From: an uncultured Methanosarcinales archaeon
GTDB lineage: Archaea; Nanobdellota; Nanobdellia; Woesearchaeales; CAYMBN01
DNA: 20,000 bases
Reading direction: 5' to 3'
Assembly (NCBI GenBank): GCA_964388715.1
Contig: CAYMBN010000007.1
Location: forward strand, 46,347 to 66,346
Below the pieces are notes generated by a model. It saw only the letters and a program-made list of their open reading frames with translations, made no database searches and was not told where the DNA came from. Numbering within the stretch: position 1 is the stretch's first letter; every line of letters starts with the position of its first letter. The position numbers and the translations under genes were made by a program. Shown here piece after piece: positions 14,221 through 20,000 of this stretch.

Positions 14221-14741
14221 CTCTTTTCAACCTGCAAAACACCATAAACAAGTATTCCCCCTAATAAAGCAGTTGCTAACTGAACAATACCCATTGCTTG
14301 CAAGAATACAACAGGCACAATCTTAAGAGAGTACAAAATAAAAGCATATGAAAACAATAATAATGCTTTGAAAAAACTTCCACTTATTAAAGTAACAAAG
14401 AAATTCTTTTTATTATACCTCTTAAATACATACACAAGCAATGCATTACCTAACCATATCATTGGAACAAAGTACAACAAAAATTTTGTTAATGATCCAA
14501 ACAAAATACCCGCACTAACAGCACCTAATGAAGGCATTATAATCACAGGCAAAACCCTATACCCTTTCAATGTAAGAGCACTCCTTATTAAAAATGCATT
14601 TACAAAAACTCCTACTAACAATTGTGGATGTTGCAGAAATATAGGTAACAAAAAACTAAACATACTTAATATTACCATTTCAATATTTTGATAAAAAATT
14701 GAATAATTTAACTGTGTTCGATTAAAATAACCAAAAACCAT
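14205..14741 (-). CDS. Integral membrane protein (~5-6 TM), ECF S-component-like
   Basis: Hydrophobic throughout, with QLLVGVFVNAFL, MPS and PMIWLGNALLV motifs. It has a GGGGTGA SD and overlaps hydC by 16 nt. Confidence 0.65.
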   Translation of the reverse strand: MVFGYFNRTQLNYSIFYQNIEMVILSMFSFLLPIFLQHPQLLVGVFVNAFLIRSALTLKGYRVLPVIIMPSLGAVSAGILFGSLTKFLLYFVPMIWLGNALLVYVFKRYNKKNFFVTLISGSFFKALLLFSYAFILYSLKIVPVVFLQAMGIVQLATALLGGILVYGVLQVEKRWLIN

Positions 14742-14788
14742 ATTATATCACCCCATCAAACATTATTTGCATTAATCATTTAAATAAT

Positions 14789-15094
14789 TTACTTAGTTAG
14801 ATCATTAACCCACTGTATAAAACTAGGATTTCCCTTCCCAACATCAAATGAAATTACACAAGGAACTTCATAAGAATGTAATTCTTTAACCTTTTTAATA
14901 ACATCTTCAACTAATTCATCCTTTGTTTTCATTATCATCCCAAACTCATCACTATGCTCAACCTTACCCTGCCATCTATAAATAGATTTTATAGGAAACA
15001 TATTAACACATGCAACTAATTTTTCCTCAACCAATGTTGTACTAATTTCTTTTGCTTCCTCTTCATTCTTAACAGTAACATACATTAATTTCAT
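14789..15094 (-). CDS. cutA: Divalent-cation tolerance protein CutA
   Basis: LVEEKLVACVN...SIYRWQG...HSYEVPCV. The start is moved to ATG 15094, which gives an ATGA overlap with the iscU stop and a GGTGG SD. Confidence 0.93.
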   Translation of the reverse strand: MKLMYVTVKNEEEAKEISTTLVEEKLVACVNMFPIKSIYRWQGKVEHSDEFGMIMKTKDELVEDVIKKVKELHSYEVPCVISFDVGKGNPSFIQWVNDLTK

Positions 15095-15477
15095 TTTGAT
15101 CCACCTACACACTTTTGCCTTTTTTTATAATTTTCAATTGCTTTTCTTAAAGCTTGCACACCCATCACAGAACAATGATATTTTATTTTTGGTAAATCAC
15201 CTAGTTCTTTAAGAATATCTTTAAAAGTTATTTTCAGTGCATCCTTCAACTTTTTTCCTTTTGCTAACTGACACATTGCATCTGTTGAAGCTATTGCAGC
15301 AACACAACCATAAGTAAGAAACTTGATATCTTTAATAACATCATCCTTTACTTTAATAAATATCTTCATCATATCGCCACACTTAACATTACCAATCTCA
15401 CCAATAGCATCTGCATTCTTTAATTCACCTGCATTTTTTGGATGAGTAAAGCGTTTAAGAGTTTTTTTGGTGTACAT
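15091..15477 (-). CDS. iscU: Fe-S cluster scaffold, NifU/IscU family
   Basis: HPKNAG, GNVKCGD, TYGCVAAIAS and LPKIKYHCS (three conserved Cys); AGGTGA SD. Confidence 0.95.
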   Translation of the reverse strand: MYTKKTLKRFTHPKNAGELKNADAIGEIGNVKCGDMMKIFIKVKDDVIKDIKFLTYGCVAAIASTDAMCQLAKGKKLKDALKITFKDILKELGDLPKIKYHCSVMGVQALRKAIENYKKRQKCVGGSK

Positions 15478-16642
15478 AGTCCATCACCTTCCCTAACGGA
15501 GATATTTTTCTTAATTTTTCAATTATTTTTGGCAAAACTTTTAATGCATAATCAATCTCTTTTTCAGTTGTAAACCTACTTAAAGTAAGCCTTAAACTAC
15601 CATTTGCTTCTTCATCACTAAGTCCAATAGCTTTCAAAACATAACTTGGCTCAAGTGTTTTTGCTGAACATGCAGAACCTGTTGAAGAACAAATCCACTT
15701 TTGGTCAAGATATCCTCCTAAAGCTTCTCCTTCAATACTTTTAAATGAAAAATTAGCATTATTACACAATCGTTTATCACCTTTTGGTCCATTCAGTTTA
15801 ACACCAGGTATTTGAAGTATACCTTCAATTAATTTATTTCTAAACTGAACCATTTTTTCAACATGTTTTTTATCCATACCAAGCTTAGCAGCCTCTGCAA
15901 ACCCAACAATTCCAGGAATATTTTCTGTCCCTGCTCTCAAACCAAATTCATGAGAACCACCATGCTGCCATTGTTCTATCTTTGTACCTTTTTTAACAAA
16001 AAGAGCACCAACACCTTTTGGACCATGAATCTTATGACTATTTAATGTAACTAAATCAAGATTTTGTTTTTTAACATCAAGCTCAGTTTTTGTATGACTC
16101 TGACAAGCATCAGTATGAAAATAAACATTGTGTTTTTTACAAACCTCTCCTAACTTTTCCAAATCCTGAATTGTTCCTATTTCATTATTTCCGTGAATAA
16201 TTGAAACTAAGATTGTTTTTGGTGTGATAGCTTTCTCAAGTTCCTGTGGGTTAATAAATCCTTCACTATCAACATCTAAATAAGTTATTTTAAATCCTTG
16301 TTTTTCAAGCCATTCACAACTCTTCAAAACACATTTATGTTCAACTTTTGTTGTAATAATGTGATTACCTCTATCTTTATTTGTAAAAGCTACTCCTTTC
16401 AAGGTCATATTATTTGATTCAGTTCCACCAGAAGTAAATATAATTTCATCTGAACTTGCATTAATTGTTTTTGCAATAACTTTCCTTGCTTTTTCCAATG
16501 CATCCTTTGAATCATGACCAAAATTGTGTGTTGAGGAAGCATTTCCATACTTTTCATTAAAATAAGGCATCATAACCTTAACAACTTTAGGGTCTACCAT
16601 TGTAGAAGCACCATTATCCAAATAAACTACACTAAATCTCAT
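15455..16642 (-). CDS. iscS: Cysteine desulfurase, IscS/NifS group I
   Basis: YLDNGAST, FTSGGTESNN, HTDACQS, SHKIHGPKG (PLP lysine) and STGSACS (catalytic Cys). Confidence 0.96.
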   Translation of the reverse strand: MRFSVVYLDNGASTMVDPKVVKVMMPYFNEKYGNASSTHNFGHDSKDALEKARKVIAKTINASSDEIIFTSGGTESNNMTLKGVAFTNKDRGNHIITTKVEHKCVLKSCEWLEKQGFKITYLDVDSEGFINPQELEKAITPKTILVSIIHGNNEIGTIQDLEKLGEVCKKHNVYFHTDACQSHTKTELDVKKQNLDLVTLNSHKIHGPKGVGALFVKKGTKIEQWQHGGSHEFGLRAGTENIPGIVGFAEAAKLGMDKKHVEKMVQFRNKLIEGILQIPGVKLNGPKGDKRLCNNANFSFKSIEGEALGGYLDQKWICSSTGSACSAKTLEPSYVLKAIGLSDEEANGSLRLTLSRFTTEKEIDYALKVLPKIIEKLRKISPLGKVMDYVHQKNS

Positions 16643-16935
16643 TTCTTACACCCCACACAACAATGATTTCTAACATGTTTCTCAACTAACTTTAAAATTG
16701 GAATAACAGTATCTTTATTTAATGAATAAATCCTTTTTTTCCCTTTCTGCTCAACATCAAGTATATGACATGATGCTAACTGCTTAAGACTATGCGATAC
16801 CTTACTCTGCTCTTCACCAATCTTTGCAGATATTTCAGTCACACTCAATTTACCATCAATCAAAGACTTAATAATACTCAATTTAGTCTTATTCGCAAAG
16901 TTCATAAAAAAGCTATCATATGACTTACATTTCAT
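16639..16935 (-). CDS. ArsR/SmtB-family transcriptional regulator with a C-terminal HCCxxC
   Basis: LSVTEIS...EQSKVSHSLKQL...QKGKKRIYSLN winged HTH, with an ATGA overlap with iscS. Confidence 0.9.
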   Translation of the reverse strand: MKCKSYDSFFMNFANKTKLSIIKSLIDGKLSVTEISAKIGEEQSKVSHSLKQLASCHILDVEQKGKKRIYSLNKDTVIPILKLVEKHVRNHCCVGCKK

Positions 16936-16965
16936 ATGAAATAGAATTCATATGTTATTTATAAA
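16917..16965 (-). promoter_or_regulatory. Leaderless-type promoter with ArsR-type inverted-repeat operators
   Basis: TTTATAAA at 16958-16965 with an A-rich BRE upstream, 22 nt before ATG 16935. There is a perfect CATATGAA-N6-TTCATATG at 16933-16954 and a second copy with one mismatch at 16917-16938. Confidence 0.75.
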
Positions 16966-16977
16966 TGTTTTGGTTTT

Positions 16978-19740
16978 TTAGAGAACAATGTAGAATTCTT
17001 TTTTTTGTTTAGCTTTTTTTGCTGCATTTTTATAAGTATAATGATATGGATTATACGAAAAATCATAATCTTTTTTTAGAGCAAATTTAGGATAATTTCT
17101 TGAAACTATAATATCTTGTATTGTACCTCTGTTTGAATTGATCAATGGAGAAGTTGGTATAAGTAAACTTTGATACTTAAGTCGTCTTACAATCAATTTA
17201 GAAAATCTTACAATCTGATCATATAAACTATCATGCAAAGTAGAAGACAATATTGAACTAGCTGGCTGAATTGATAAGACTAAATAGTTATTATTTTCCT
17301 CAGAAAGTGTTCTGTAAAGAGCTCCACCACAAGCATTATCCTCTTTATCAAAAATAATCATCTGCCAAAAGTCAGGAGAATCCCATAATCTTTGATCTGT
17401 AGCAACACAAACACCCATATTTAACATTGCCACAGAATGCATCTTTCTTTTTGACAATACAAATTTAAAAGGTTTTCCAAGAGGAAAACTTAAATCACCT
17501 CTTGGTTTAAACTTTTTCATTTCTTTTCTCATCCCCTCATATTGTTCACCATATAAATCATTGAATATTTTTTGAACAAGGTTTTTTTCAATTACATTTT
17601 GTGATAAGGAATTTAGCCAATCGTCTATTTGATCTGGAGTTATATCTTTATTCCATTCTATATTTTCAACAAAAAAACCATTTCTTTCTAGGATTTTTTT
17701 TATTTTTCCCTGTTTATTTATGGCTTTTGAATTCCACAATCCAAATAATGTTTTTGCTAATTTTTTATAATCTGTTTTTGATTTACCTAATAGTTTTGAG
17801 AACTGCTTTGGAAATGCTTCTTGTGCTCTTGAAAGTAATGTAAAAATAAGATCATTTTTTAATCTATCTCCTATAAATTCTTTATATTGCATCAACGTTT
17901 TATGATCTGTGTTAAAATTATGTAATGAATCCCCATTAGAAACATTAAAAGCATAAATTTTTTTTAAGTATTTTTTTTGATTCTTTCTCAATGTTTTATC
18001 TTTATATTCTTTAAACAAATTAATACCCAGTTCTTCAGGAATTACTTTCATACCTTTCATATTTACCTCATTTACAGCTTCTATTAAGTTATTCCATGAA
18101 GAAGAATCTAATCTTTCTTTTTCCTTTAAGACATAAGTGCCCCCTTTTATTCTTACTGTCTTACCACTCAACCTGTTTAATACATAAGGAATATCAGACT
18201 GTCTATCTTTTCTTAATTCTAATAATTTATGATAAACATCTCTATCAACAGATATTTCAGGAGCAAAGACAGTATACAAAACACCTAAACCAAGAACAGT
18301 ATTATTATATTTAGTTAGAGTACCAGCAACAATCTCTTTTTTTATTTTTTTTACATCTTTAAACAAATTTTTATAAAGAAGATCCTTTTCTTTTGCTGTC
18401 CCTAAACAAATCTTTTTAAATTCACTATAAAGTTGAATTAAATTAACAGGAGTTTGTCTTAAAAATTCCTTTATTATTTCCGTTTCTTTTGAAAATGGTT
18501 TGTCAAATGCATGAACAAGACAACCTATTACAATAACATGTTTAAGAATATCATATGCCCTTTTTGATTTTTTCTGAACAATATATCTTAATATTTCTAA
18601 ATCCTCCTTTGTTTTAACCATCTTAGAAACAGGAGTTATTTCACCAAAGGCCTCCAAACATAAAAAAGTTGCAGCTGTTTGTGATTCTGCTGTTGGAATT
18701 AACAATTCATCAAATAAATCAACACCAAACAAATCAAAAAAATATTTTAAGTTTTTAAAAGAGATAAATAAAGAACCTACAGCTCCCTTACAAAGTTTTC
18801 CAAGTTTTAATAAACGCCTTTTGACTAATAAAAATGTTTTTTTATCTTTAAGATATTTTTCAACAGATTTAAAACCATAAGAAAACATAGGACCTATATC
18901 CTTACCTGCCCTCTGAGCCATTTTAACTAAATGTGGCCAGAATTCTGGATATTCTTTGATCAAATCTTCAAGAGAAATTAATCCACTATGTAACGAAGCT
19001 GCACCAACACCTGCTGCTTCAGACATTTTAACGACTTCAGGCCAGAACTTAGGGCGTATATAAATTGATTCTCCAATATTATGTAAATCTATTCCAAGAA
19101 ATTCAGTGTTATGATCACTAACTAATTCAACTTCAGCTATTCTAACTATACCTGGCCACAATTCAGGATGTTCTCTAATCAAATCTTTAATTTCAGGTAA
19201 AACCTCATAAAACAAATAAGGTATGAATATCCCAGGAATTTCAGCCAATTTAGTTGTTCCAGCCCAATGCTTGACTAAGAAATCAGCTAATTCTGGTTCC
19301 TCTTTAACATGAAAACCCCATTCTTTTAATTGTTTTAATCTTCTTTCATATTCTGTTTGTCCCATGTTAAACTTTTCATGTTCAATATTTAAAAATATCT
19401 TTTGTAAATCAGAGTGAAGCAATGCAATCCAACCTTTCTGAGGTTGTATTTGTTTAATATGCTCAAGTAGTTTCTTAATATCCCCCAATTCCTTCTTAAA
19501 CTTTTCTTCAACACCTTCATCTTCACACCTTTTTATTCTCGCAGTAGAATAATCATGTAAATCTTCAAGAATAATTTTTATTTTTTTTAGTTCCCTTCTC
19601 ATTTCTCCAAAATCTTGTTTTACTTCATCAAGCCAGAGATAAGCAATATCTCTTTTAACATATTTAAGAACATCTTTCCAAAGCAATTTAAGCTTCTCCT
19701 CTTCTCTAGACAACTCTTTTAAGTCTGATTTCTTTGACAT
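16978..19740 (-). CDS. Large hypothetical protein (~920 aa) with helical repeats
   Basis: Long uninterrupted ORF. The start is more likely ATG 19740 (MSKKSDL) than TTG 19791, because a TTTTATAT box lies about 22 nt upstream. It has an N-terminal coiled coil and (H/Y)PE(L/F)WP...V(K/R)(M/I)AE..G repeats. Confidence 0.8.
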   Translation of the reverse strand: MSKKSDLKELSREEEKLKLLWKDVLKYVKRDIAYLWLDEVKQDFGEMRRELKKIKIILEDLHDYSTARIKRCEDEGVEEKFKKELGDIKKLLEHIKQIQPQKGWIALLHSDLQKIFLNIEHEKFNMGQTEYERRLKQLKEWGFHVKEEPELADFLVKHWAGTTKLAEIPGIFIPYLFYEVLPEIKDLIREHPELWPGIVRIAEVELVSDHNTEFLGIDLHNIGESIYIRPKFWPEVVKMSEAAGVGAASLHSGLISLEDLIKEYPEFWPHLVKMAQRAGKDIGPMFSYGFKSVEKYLKDKKTFLLVKRRLLKLGKLCKGAVGSLFISFKNLKYFFDLFGVDLFDELLIPTAESQTAATFLCLEAFGEITPVSKMVKTKEDLEILRYIVQKKSKRAYDILKHVIVIGCLVHAFDKPFSKETEIIKEFLRQTPVNLIQLYSEFKKICLGTAKEKDLLYKNLFKDVKKIKKEIVAGTLTKYNNTVLGLGVLYTVFAPEISVDRDVYHKLLELRKDRQSDIPYVLNRLSGKTVRIKGGTYVLKEKERLDSSSWNNLIEAVNEVNMKGMKVIPEELGINLFKEYKDKTLRKNQKKYLKKIYAFNVSNGDSLHNFNTDHKTLMQYKEFIGDRLKNDLIFTLLSRAQEAFPKQFSKLLGKSKTDYKKLAKTLFGLWNSKAINKQGKIKKILERNGFFVENIEWNKDITPDQIDDWLNSLSQNVIEKNLVQKIFNDLYGEQYEGMRKEMKKFKPRGDLSFPLGKPFKFVLSKRKMHSVAMLNMGVCVATDQRLWDSPDFWQMIIFDKEDNACGGALYRTLSEENNNYLVLSIQPASSILSSTLHDSLYDQIVRFSKLIVRRLKYQSLLIPTSPLINSNRGTIQDIIVSRNYPKFALKKDYDFSYNPYHYTYKNAAKKAKQKKEFYIVL

Positions 19741-19787
19741 ATGTTTTATAATTATTATAGAATATAAAAAAGTTTCTAAATCTAATT

Positions 19788-20000
19788 TCAATAATTAGGC
19801 ATCCTACTTGTCATCATTGCAGGAATCATCTTTGCTAAGACAGGAAATGTTTTATATCCACTATCTGTGTTAAAATGTCCACCATCTTTGATTATATTAA
19901 GACCAGTATTAAGATGTGATACAAGCTCAGCTCCTTTAGCAATAGGCACATAAGGATCATTCTCAGAATTAATCACAACAAAATTCTTACAATTTTCATT
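19788..20000 (-). CDS. RBBP9/YdeN-family alpha/beta hydrolase, C-terminal part (5' end outside the window)
   Basis: INSENDPYVP (catalytic Asp) and GGHFNTDSGY (catalytic His); the frame is open to the window edge. Confidence 0.85.
   Translation of the reverse strand, partial: NENCKNFVVINSENDPYVPIAKGAELVSHLNTGLNIIKDGGHFNTDSGYKTFPVLAKMIPAMMTSRMPNY

Noticed and set aside
10490..18314. Short opposite-strand ORFs within DUF483, hydA, hydC, the membrane gene, iscS and the large hypothetical
   Set aside because: They overlap well-supported genes on the other strand and have no recognisable features.
19741..19791. TTG start at 19791 for the large ORF (and the 15112 start for cutA)
   Set aside because: The 19741-19791 extension is AT-rich promoter-like DNA containing a TATA box, so ATG 19740 fits better. 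For cutA, ATG 15094 has an SD and an ATGA overlap.

Overview
AT-rich window from what looks like a DPANN archaeon, probably Woesearchaeota/Nanoarchaeota. That is an inference from GGTGA/GAGGTGA Shine-Dalgarno sites, TTTA(T/A)A TATA boxes with leaderless-type spacing, a RibL-type FAD synthase, a DUF483-like protein and an 'ITGNAI' motif in a secreted protein. The left half holds a partial Ig-repeat lipoprotein, ribL, a small Zn-ribbon ORF, a protein built from two Fis-type HTH modules, a 43-aa peptide plus HExxH metallopeptidase, and a 1859-aa secreted Cys-rich protein. The right half holds a minus-strand cluster arsR-iscS-iscU-cutA-membrane protein-hydC-hydB-hydA encoding a stripped-down trimeric [FeFe]-hydrogenase, then a large helical-repeat hypothetical and a partial RBBP9/YdeN hydrolase. 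The most striking unannotated signal is two intergenic regions about 7.2 kb apart (2677-2770 and 9896-9989). They share the same architecture at identical spacing: an 18-bp TGTCnCA-type palindrome, a TATA box at +44, GTCTT at +59 and a second palindrome at +75. This suggests a regulon of the adjacent double Fis-HTH protein, possibly coupled to the ImmA/IrrE-like protease it would control. No RNA genes, CRISPR arrays or mobile elements were seen.
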